Below are positions 35,101 through 47,100 of a stretch of DNA of 64,000 nucleotides, one piece after another. The notes below the pieces were generated by a model. That model was given only the letters and a program-made list of their open reading frames with translations. It did no database searches and was not told the origin of the DNA. The DNA lies in assembly GCF_037042905.1 (NCBI RefSeq), contig NC_087247.1, positions 25,048,001 through 25,112,000 on the forward strand. Reading direction: 5' to 3'. The position numbers were made by a program, and so were the translations under genes. Within the stretch, counting starts at the first letter, position 1. Each line of letters opens with the position of its first letter. The DNA is from Lytechinus pictus. Lineage: Eukaryota.

Positions 35101-38100
35101 GGAGCGATTAAAATCACAGTTTTTTTGCTACTTCTAGGAATGGAAGATTGTAAATCAAGAGTCAGGGAAAAACCTTATCACAGGAAGGTCATGCATCATT
35201 TACAAGGTTAAACTCATGTACATTCAAGGGTAAACATGGACATTTTGCAGTGAGTGTAATAAAAGGGAGGGTTTAGAATTGTGCCTTTTCATGTCATGTA
35301 TGTAGAGAGGGGAAGGGGTGTAGGTTTAAAGAAAAATGAAAAAAAAAAAATACTGCTACTGTAAGTATGAGGGCAACAAGAAATGTCAGATAGGAAGGCC
35401 TGTCCCATCCAGGATACACCTGTAAAGAACTGTAGAGAAAGAAGCCCCCCTAACAAAAATGAAAAGCAACAACAAAAATCAATTAAAACAGGACTTAAAT
35501 AGGTAGGACCTTCATTTACAGATCTACAAAAAAAAATTAAGAAAGCTTATACAAATGTGAATATTAAGATTGAGACAAAATCTGATAGACAGACAGACAG
35601 GCTGATTATCAGTAGGTTAGACCACACCTTTTGTATATTTTAGCTATTTTGGAGAGGGTCAAGCAATCACTGACCAAGCAGTTATGTCCATCACAAACAA
35701 CCATACTGAACAAACCTTCGGCCCACCCTTCAAACCGAACACATTTATAGGCATAAGCAATAAACATGATCAAGGATTTATCTCTACACAGATGCACAGA
35801 CACGTGTTATTAGATAATGGGATTCCTTTCTGATCAGGAGGGAATCTTCCTTTTATGGAGAAGCCGACAAGGGATTGTGTGTATAAACAATAATATATTA
35901 GCTCCTGATATTTTTTCATGATCTGTTTGGGTTAGAGAGCTTTCAAAACATTTCAAGGAGGGAGTGCAGGCATAAAAAGTGAGATTTGGAACAAGAAAAA
36001 AATGGATTGATGATGGATGGAACATCATCAGTCGAATCCTGATTTCGTTATCGTTCACTTGTGCAAGGAAATAAAATGTGGGTAAATGCACACCCAGGAT
36101 AAATTTTAAAACTGAATTCCGATATAAGTCCAATAGAAATCATTTTATCTCATTGGCTATTAGTGAAATTGTCCGAATTTTTTTTCACTGGCACAGTTCT
36201 TCAAGAAATGCCCTCTTGCACACATGTACCAAAGCAAAGATCAAGAAGTGTTAACTGACATAGGTCATATTCAAGCAACAACTTTCAAAGTTTGTGTTGA
36301 TAAGCTCAGATTTCTAAGAAAAATCAAACAGAATGGTTGAAAGAAAGTGTACAGAAGTATAAAGGAGGAAAGTATATAAACTGTAAAGGCACGTACAATA
36401 CAGAGAGGTAGACAGGCAGATGTACAGGGGTATATAGGCCAGAATTTAAAAAAGGGAGGAAATTTTTTTAAGGAAAGGAAGGGTGGAGAGGGTAAGATCA
36501 GAAGGAAGGATCTAGAAGAATTAGACCAAGCTAATCCTGTAACCTGTAGACATCTTAAGTATATGCTTCAACTAACTTCAGACTGAGTAAGAACTGTGAC
36601 CTTAAACTGCAAATAATATTAGTCTAGAGATCTCTCCGCTTTCCAAACAACTTCAGTTTGACAGTCTGACCTCAAAAAGTGATACCTTTAGTGGCATTGG
36701 ATTTCCATGACAACTTGCTTTTTCCAAAGCACTTGACTCACTTAACATGGAAGAAAGGGAGGTGGGGGGGGGGGGGTAAAATAGGTCAACATTTCTTGTG
36801 CATCGTAACTTGAACAAGCTGCCCTTTGCAAATGTAAAATCATGCTCTTTCTGGTAAGCAAAGCTTCTTCATTTGGGTATTTCAGTAGTTTGACAGGATT
36901 GTTAGAATTGTATGATGAAGGAGTTAAGTGTAAAAATATATCATGATCACACATCTACAAGAACAGTCTAAGTGTCCCCCTTCTTCTCTATCTGCCTCCC
37001 CCATTTACATATCCACTATATTCATATTATTGACATATTTTGTATAAAAACACTCACCACTTATTAAATGGAACATATTTTTCTTTTGATGAACTAGACT
37101 ATGTCAACATTCATTCAGTTGAAGAAATGTTTTACAGCAATCTTTAAGAAAACATTTTAACCCAAGCTTTGAAAGAAAGTGCAAATAAATAAAATTAAAG
37201 GTAAAAATCTAAAGGGATTTGGAAAATCAGGGGACCTGACTTTGAATGAAATGTTTGATTGACAGAAATATCAAAATGATAACATAACCAAAGAAATTAT
37301 TCAACAAGGGAAACAAGATTGACAGTCAACAATACAAAGCACTTTTCTGGAAAGGCGACTAATGTCACAGCTTTTTCTAACCCGTCTATTTTTTCCCTTC
37401 ATTCCAAATAGAAGTTTCCTTTAGATTCATCCCAGTTTGAATAGCATTCAGGAAGAGAAACGATATCTACTGATCTCATAAAATTCCACCCAAATCTGAG
37501 CAATAAAGCATTTCATACAATGTAGACCAAACAAGCAATCTGTCTATTACTTTATCTATGTTTAAATCCATGAATTATGTAAAGAGAACAATAGAAAAAA
37601 ATAATTCAAGGATCTATTGAAGATTACAGAAGAAAACTTGTCATATTTATCACATTTAAGTATTTCTTAACAAATTTCTCTTCTTGAAGCTTTCAAATTG
37701 GCTTCATGTCATCTACAAACAACTGATTTTGAAGGGATTGTCTGCTTTGAACATAATCCCATAAAAGTTAAAATCCTTGTGGTGTTTTATAATCTCCTCC
37801 TTTCTTTTTGATATTGATGACAGAAAGGACAGATCATGTCTGAAATCTTCCACTTTTTCTTGTTGCTTTTTGAAACCGATGAATACCCCTCCATCTTGAG
37901 GAATAGACACCTTTCTTCACATTTCCATGCAGCTCCTCCCTACATCCTCATTACATTTTAATCCCTTTTCATTCCAAATCTCTTCTATCATCTCATTTTG
38001 AGTTTTCAAGGATATGTCACTCTCATTTGATGTGGAATAAAGCATTACCGAATATAGCATCTGACAACTTAAAATGTACTTTGCAAAAACATATTATTAT

Positions 38101-41100
38101 GATAAACTAGGAGATTAAGTGAGAGCATTATCAGTGTTTATTCTCTAGAAAGGAAATGTTGGATACTATCAGAGTCAGACTTGGGGAAGTGAAATGAAAA
38201 AATAAAGGATAGAGATGTTTAGGGCGGGTGAAAAGTTCCTCAAATACTCAAACTTTGAAGAAGAAAAATGAAATAGGATACCTGTTCCAATAATTGATAA
38301 TACTTTAAAGACAATGATTTTTCTCTCCATGATTTAGAAAATTCTTAAGATTTTAATGATGAAGTGTTATAATCTAGGTTGGTTCCATTTCTATGAGGGA
38401 AACTAATATAAAAGATAAAAAAGACTTAGCAAATACTTCCTTCACTTTCTGAAAAAAATGATATACTATTACCTTTAAAAAAGGAATTTAATTTTGTTGC
38501 AAACTTTGAATCACTGAAGGGTATTTTCTTCGATAAACTAAGCAACAGCAAACTTTTGAACTAATCATGAAAGGGAATGTTTTACCAGTATATAATTTCT
38601 TTTCTATAATCTTATGCCCATTGCACTCTAGACAAGCAAAACAATATTTACAATCAGAAATTTGTCCATATATTTCCAAGCACTTAAATAAATCCACTGA
38701 GACATTTCTCATCTAAATATCACAAAAACGAAAAATGAAATATTGTAAGAACAAATCTAATTTCTATGTTGAGATATAAAGCTTAGGTAGGAGTGAGTCT
38801 CGATGGAGAATTAGGGCAATGACCGGACGGACGAACCTCTTCTCGTTCAGAATTTATCCTTTCTTTTTCTGAGTTCAAGTTTCTCCTTCAAGCAGGGATT
38901 TCAACCAAAGTTTCTTTCTGCATTTCCAACAATACAAACTGTAATAAGATAAAAGCCGGTGCATTTTTGTTTGTTCCTTTAGAGCATTTCAAAAGGCAGA
39001 ATTATAAAACACAGTAATTGACCACCTACGGAAGATTTTCGAGCACTTTCCAGATGGCTTACAATTTGAAATATCACTTTCGTCATAATTGGGGCAGTTC
39101 TTTCATAAACAGTTCCTTTCTCTTCAAATTATATTAAGATGGGTGGTCTGCATAATACTCCCACTTGCCCACTAATATGCTCAAAAACATAATTTGCTCT
39201 TTTGTGATATTAACCAGCTTGCAAATATCATCCGATTGTATGAATAATTTCATCAAACTTTCATTGTGACCGCAATATATTTTTTGGCCTTTCCACTTAA
39301 GAATTTATATTCTTGTTCATATTTAATTTAAAATGTCTTTTTACCAAAATAAGAATGATTCCAGTAAACACACTAATTTCACCTTATACCCATATTGTAA
39401 CCCTTAAGCATTTAGTAACATTCAACAATTAAGAACTATCTCACAATTGGTAATAATTCAGCATCATTATTAGCATTTCAAGATACCTGCACCTTTCAAT
39501 AAGAATGCATTTCTTAATGATCCTCATTATGAATGCATCAAATCCTGCGATTATCATCCAGAATCCACCATCACTCATCGAAAACGAATTCATTCCGAGA
39601 TAAGAGTAAAGCAAAATAAAAGACCGGATCTAGGGTGCTTTATGGAAACACTTTTTCTCCGGGGAATGACAGATGCACAGATCCAGATGTGTTATTGATG
39701 ATGAGAATTTTAAAATCATTATGGACTTCACTATTTGAGTAAAAAGAAAATATGACAGAGATAAAAGAGGCTGGATTACCCACCCCCTCACATCCCCTTC
39801 ATATTCCCATTTGGAAGTTGGAATTGATAGTTTGGGATTGCATTAAGCAGTTTATGTTATTGTCAGCAATAATATTGTATTTCTTCTATTCAATCTAATA
39901 TTACTCAAAAAATTCATTATTATATCACTATATACAAGTGGGTGACATTTTTTTTTTGGTTTAGATATGACTCTAATGATAAAAAGAAGGTGTGCATATT
40001 GGTTTGAATTCACCCAGCTTTATATTACTTTACTTCTCTCGAAAACAGAAATAACGTATTATGAACTTTCGGCTAAAGACCAGTTACCATAAACATGAAT
40101 TCAATTCACTCCTGAGCTTTCTAATTCTGGTTAATACTGGGGTTACTAGATTCCAGGAATCAATGGGTTTATATGTATATTTCTTGCCAGCCTCTATAAC
40201 GTGAATTTGGCATGTCAATCAATCGTACAGTTCATGTGCCATTCATGTATGCTGGTTTTCAGTTGGTTATACCTGGGGCGAGAATGGTGCTTGAACATGA
40301 TGCTTCTTGCTAAAACAAGAAATGAAAAAGGGAAAGAATGCAACAGGGAGGGGTTAAGATAAGGGCCATGCAGGGACAGGAAGATGAAATAAGCTAGGGG
40401 AAAGAAAGGATGAGGGAAGGGGATAGTATGTTAAGGAATGGATAGGGGGAGATATCAAAACAAAAATAAGGAAGGGGGAAAGAGTATTAGAGGGAAGCGA
40501 AAGAAAGGAGAAGGAAGAAATCGGAAGGGAAAGAAGATAAGGAGTAGGGAGGGGAGAAGGAAGGAATAACAAAAAGGGAAAGAAGGACAAAGGACTGACA
40601 GGCAAGAGGTATGGAGAGAGAGAAGGAGATGAAGGAGAAGATTAAAGAAGATAGAAGCAGTGTAGGAAGGAGGTAGGGACAGATCAAAGGGAAAGTGAGT
40701 GAGAAGAAAAGTGAAAAGGGGATTGGAAGGTTGAGAGAAGGTAAGGAAGGGATGGGGTAAAAGAGGAGATAATGTAGGAACAAAGATTTACTGCATGGGA
40801 GGGAGAGCAGAAGAAAAATAGGAGAAAAGAAGAAAAATATCAGGGAATTAAAAAAAAAAAATTATGTTGAGCTTGAGCTTACCTCTGGGCTTGAGTTTGG
40901 TTTGGTGATCCACGCTGATGCTGCATTGGGCTGAAAGGTGAATGGACCTGAGAAGGCTTCGTTTATTGCCTCCAAGGTGAATGCACAGACAGCTGAGCCA
41001 TGGATGCTGTTGCTATAGTAACAGAAGGGAAATAAAGGGCATCATCATCTCTGTCGTGTGTCTGTTTACAGCAATTGTTGGATATGGTGGAAGTAAATTT

Positions 41101-44100
41101 CTTTTAAAATGTTTTTCTTGAAGTCATATGTATTACTGATGGAATTCAAATCATTCCCATGGAAATTTCTTCTTGCTTTTACATTACAAACAGTTTTTAC
41201 TCCTCTATTTAGTCTAATTCACTTCTGATGTAGATTCAAACCCATGTAAGCGACGGCTATCAATGTGATTACATAGGTATAGATATATAAGGTATTTATG
41301 ATATTGATCCAGGAGAATTTTCTTACCTTGGGGTTGAGAAAACTGTGTATATTGTTCCAGTCTCATTGTCATAGTAGGTGCTTTCTGTAGAGAATAATAG
41401 GGAATATCGACAAGAATGCTCTTCAGAAAGTTATAAAACATATCACAATTTTGTGCATGGTTCTTTTTCCCCCTGAAAAAAGGGGAAAATTGTAAACTTG
41501 TAAAAGAAAATACAAAATGGTCAAACAACATAGTAAGTTTCAAGCTCTCACCATAATGATATGAAGTTATGATACACAGGAAGATTAATTATTAAAAAAA
41601 ACCTTGAAAATACACAAAAATACATCTACATAAAATACTCCATTCATATAAACCAATTGTATAAGCTATTGACTTTTTTCTTATATTTGAAAGATATTGT
41701 CAAATTTCTACGGGTACTTGCATCTTGGAAAGAAAATCCTGTTCTATAACTAACGAAGTGGAGAAAAATCAATAGCCAATTTGGTTATTGAAGCGTAATC
41801 TGGTCGATATGGCTCTGTGGGGATCAGATTGAGCACTTAAAAGGACAGAACCAAGAAAAAAAAAAGTTGGGTTCATATGAAAAAAAAGGTTGACTTTTCA
41901 GGTAGGTCAAGAATTTGAAGAAAATTGTACTAAGCGACTACACAGATGCAGTTGTGCCTGTATCATTTCATAGGATGATATCTGAATACTCTAAGAATAC
42001 TACTAATTTGTAGCTATAGGTTTGAAAGTGGGACACCAAAATCATATTGATATAGCAAATGGGCAAGAGAAACTCAGTCTTTAGCAGGACATCTAAGCAG
42101 GGAATGCTGACGCCATGGGCATGGGGACAGGGATCACTTTTTATGGGGATCACTTCACATCCATTTAATCACTTTTAAAAATGATTTTTAATAGATTTTC
42201 TTTAATTCAAACTACAATACTATATGGTTCATCACATATAAATCCTGTAGTTATTGATAACTTACTACAAAATCTTTGATTAAAACTATCCTAGTCTCAT
42301 GTGAACATGGCTACCTGAGATTGCCAGACTGATTTCATGTCTGCATAAACAACGTCAGCGCATAAACCAGCTAAATTTAGCCCAAAATAACAAGATGTAA
42401 GACACTGATCTTACATGCATTTAAAAAATGATGCTTGTTGGAGAAAGATATTGGTGGTATATAGGAAGGAGGCGAGATTTCAAGAGAGGGAGAGGAGCGA
42501 GCTATAAATATAGTTTAGGATTTCCTGGTGGTCTTGTATGTCATAGAGATGGTCAGGTGGCTATGGACATTTATAGAGAATACCACTTGCTGGGCCATCT
42601 TTTCATGAACTAGACAGTGGTCATTAAAATGGTCGACTTCTTTCTTGTTGATAATGAGCCACAAATTATTCAGTCTTATTCATACATAGAATAGGAGATA
42701 TTGAGACATTTTTTTAGCATTGAATCAATCCAACATGAAATCGGGAATGTACATACCTATCTCATTGAATGAGAATGGAATCTGGCCAGGGATAGAGCAG
42801 TTGAGACGAGCCTTGCGGAAGGTTGTCCAGTTTTCCTCCAACAAGAAGTTTCCTCCATTATCACTCTGAAAGACATAAAAATACATGGAATATTCATTAC
42901 ACATAATATTTGATTTTAGAATAGATGGCATCATTTTTATTGATCTTCGGTCAGTTTTCTGTCTGTTCTCATTTTGATCATAGGGAAGAAATTTCACTAA
43001 GATCTGTTAAAATGCCCTTAGAAGATTAAATGAGCATGACTGAATAAAATCTAAAGGTGTAAGGCCATTTCTCCTCTCTATTTCTCAGCCAACAAAGAAA
43101 CAAACTGTAACATTATGTGTACTTTGGACCCAATGTTTCAATGGATAATCAGATCAATTCAGATTTGGAAAGTTCCTAGAAATGCAAGGACTGTCAAATG
43201 AATACAGATTTGATGCTTTCCCTGAAGGAGAGTTGGAAAGCGTACATTGTTAGTTCTGTTTATTTTCACATGATCCCATCATAAGAGTAAGGAATGGTTC
43301 TCTCTCAATCATACCGATCATCAAGGTCCCACTGCCAGTCTTTGCCAACATTTCACTCCAGATCCAATCTAAACAAATCTTTAATATTAATTGCATTACG
43401 AAGCCTTACATCTGTCATTCATAAGGCAGATTTAATGCAGGGGTATTTGTCCTTTGTATAAACAAACGTCATTGGTTTTGTTATCGTTACAACATTGATG
43501 TGTATGCTATGTTACATGTATGTGGAATATGTGCCAAAGAATAAGCAAACAATATGGAAATACTGAAGTGCAATCAGTGCTGTTGGCAGATTGAGAAATA
43601 CACAGTGACTAGAAAAGACAGAAAGATAGTGAGATAAAAACGAGAGGTGGGAATGAAAGGATGAAATGAAGGAGCTAGGATAGTTAGACAAAANNNNNNN
43701 NNNNNNNNNNNNNNNNNNNNNNNNNNNNNNNNNNNNNNNNNNNNNNNNNNNNNNNNNNNNNNNNNNNNNNNNNNNNNNNNNNNNNNNNNNNNNNNNNNNN
43801 NNNNNNNNNNNNNNNNNNNNNNNNNNNNNNNNNNNNNNNNNNNNNNNNNNNNNNNNNNNNNNNNNAAAAAAAGAACGAAAGAAAAAACGAAAGAAAAAAA
43901 AACGAAAGAGAGAGAAAAGTAGAAAAAAGAGATAGAAAGAAACAGAAATGACAGAGAGAGGGGCAAGAAGAGAGATAGAGATTAGGATTTAAAATACAAT
44001 ACATGTACCAAAAGGAATAATCAATTAAACAAACATTTTTCTTTCCAAGAAGAAATATACCTTCAGCACATTCTTTGCTTCAGTATCTTGCCTTACACAC

Positions 44101-47100
44101 AACACAAAAGAAACCTTGATCATAATTCATCATCTGTATCCACAACATTTGCTCCAATGAAAAATCTACAGTGAAACCAAACTCAAATAAACCCAGACCC
44201 AACGTGTAAACCCTTACCTTACCCTGAAAATTGTTCTGAACCAAAAACCCTTTAACAACCCTTATACCCTAACATTACATCTTTGGAGATATAAGAATGA
44301 ATTCAGAAGCAAGTGTTGCAAACAGAGTATTGGATCAACTCAACTGAAACCAGTAAAGGGTCTCACAGGAGCCATTAATCTATGGACTGAATGTTAATAG
44401 GCCTATGTAATAATTATAAGGAAGGATTTCCTCAGAGCGGAACTTTGTATTTGACATTGGGGGCGAGATTTAGCGGTTTTCAAAACCTTGTCTCCCCTAA
44501 TGGAATGCGATTTACTTTGAAAGCAAATGTTGATATTTTCTCACATCATAAACATCTGTTGAGAACCCATTTTTATTTTGTAGCATATTCTACCTACTAG
44601 TATTCATTGTAGGACCCACCCCCCCCAAAAAAAAATCATTCCAACACATGCATCAATAGATATTTACTCCATACATGTATGTGACCATTTAATGTCAACG
44701 ATATAATCAAAATGCTTTAAAAATGACTCTTTATGTCAATGACATAGGGGTCGCTTACAAAATAGCATGTCCATGGATAATAAGGATTATTATTTTTCAA
44801 TCAAACATGCTTTTACAATTTACAAGATGGTAATGTGGCGTAAATATAAGAAAATTGGCTACACGAAGAGCAGCAGCTACTCTGATCAAGATCTGAATGG
44901 TTGATTTAGTTTGAGAGCCCCATGTCTCACTTCTACTTTAACACAGAGTATTTTTCTTCAACATGAACTTGATTTTCCTTTCTTTTTTTCCTCTCCTATC
45001 ATGATGTTAGTGACACAATGTACTTTCACAAAAGGGGTAAATGGCAACCTAAGGATAATGCACTTCAGTTTCCATGCTTTTAAAGGTTTATTGGATTGTA
45101 AACAAAATTTGTATTTCATCTTCCTTTGCATTATCTATGGATTGATGAAGTTACTTCACAAATATGACGAGACTACTCAGTAAATTGATATAGTGGTTCC
45201 ATGGAAACACATTTAGTAAACATTTTCCATTAAAAATAAGTGCATCATGGTGTAAAATTTGTCTGCTTCCATTCTTTCCCACTTTTCCTCTTTCAAATAC
45301 ATTTTTATGCCTTATACAAATTGCATGCTCAAAATATAGAATATTTTTTCCCTAGGCATTGAAAATTGGAAAAAAAGAAATGCAGCATAATAAAGTGCTT
45401 CTATGCAGATCTCTTCCGCAATCAGTAACACTTTTTTAAGCTAACAATTTCGCTCAACTACTTTTATTCCTCTTTGAAAAGATGCTTAATTTCAGCAAGA
45501 TTTAATCTACTAAACAACGAGAAGGGATAAAATACACATTCTTGTAGTGCTTCTGCATATTTATTCCCCCAAAAAATTAAAGATGAACATTTGAAACATA
45601 ATGAAAAGGTAAAGTGTACTTCTTTTACGTAGCGATTTACCGGGTATTCTTTTAAAGCTTCATGGATGTTTAACCCGAAGCCATGTCTGAGAAGGCCAAA
45701 AAAGGAAACCATTGAGATAATTCAATGTAGCAATGAAAATGCAGCAAATTTGCCATTTAATGTCGTGTCTGCCATGTCCTTAATGGAAAACTGAGTAAGG
45801 ATTAAGTTTGTTATTCCATCACTTAAAAAGCTAAAGATGTCATTATGCCAAAGAAATGTGAGATTTTCTCCATGAGATAATCTTTTGAGAACCAAAAGGG
45901 CGTCACTTCCGAGCATGGATTTCACACCTCTCTGCATCTGAAGAGACATTTGGGAAGCTTCTTACAAGCTTGTAACAATGGATCCTACCTGCTAATGGGG
46001 ATCTAAAATACAGGGTGTATTCTTTAAATTTCCAATAAATGACAAAACAAACTCAATAGAGCTTTCATCTAACCAGACAGAACAGAGATGATATAGGGTA
46101 GCAGAGCAGAGATGATTTGTTAATAATGTCATTGGATGATGATAATCGCCAAAAAAAGTTTGAGCGGATTTCAGACACCAGAAAGACTCAAGAATTCTAT
46201 TTCCACGTGATAGATTATTCAAAGCCTGTCTAAAGCTTTGGTAAAAGGATCAATAGTGTGAATTATACTTGAGTACCATCTAATGTTCCAATCTCAAGGA
46301 AGTTGAACATTCTTCAACCAATTTTTCTTTGTTAAAATTTGATTTTTTTGGCACAGGATAAACCTGATATCCATTCCCCCTAGACACAAACCTCTCATTT
46401 ATGTAACAATTTATCATTTTATCACTACTTCAAATTTTTTTTTTCAAATATAGAATTCGATTGTAATCATTTTTTTATCGGTCCAAGCAAACTGTTACTC
46501 ATTTGCAGCTCAGTTTGGCTGTAAATGTGTCTGAATCTTTCAACATCCATTTACTTTCTGATTAAATCTTCAAATAGGTCTACCCCATGAAATCAATGAA
46601 ACATGTTCTTCAAATTCACGTGTGCCAAGATCTGGATTCTTCGTCAGTCTGCATGCCTTCCCTGAATTGACCCTCAAACATCGAGGCAAATTTGGTCTAT
46701 TTGCTTTGAACTTGGAGAGTGACAGTTGCAGTTACGTTGCAGCGTAACCTACTACCCAAGCTTGTTTTGTATGTTCCGCGACTTAACCCCACCGCATCTG
46801 GAAAAGAAATTGGTCCTCAAATTTGCTCCCTTGTTTGCGTTCCCACCACTTATACCAACATAAATCGCTGTAAGTGGGACCCACGATAATGAGCGATGAA
46901 AGAATGACAGTTTGCCCACCCCAATCAAGTGATGAAAAACATGAACTATTCATATTTTGATTACATCTCTCTTCTCCTAACACTGCGGGAGGTGGTGTTT
47001 ACTACCAAAGTCAAATACACCATGCAAACAAAAAAATGATAAAATAAGGGGTGCAATTTTCACCCCTAGTCCTCATCATTTTGCCCTTAATCTTGATAAT

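Noticed and set aside
40354-40783. Hydrophobic F/L/S/P-rich ORFs resembling membrane proteins (also 15060-15330, 21832-22188, 43574-44004, 63493-63729)
   Set aside because: Translations of GA/TC low-complexity tracts; two also span the N gap.
43694-43865. Assembly gap hiding a missing Sema5 exon
   Set aside because: The flanking exons already join in frame as the conserved ARVCK-SDNGG, so nothing is missing there.
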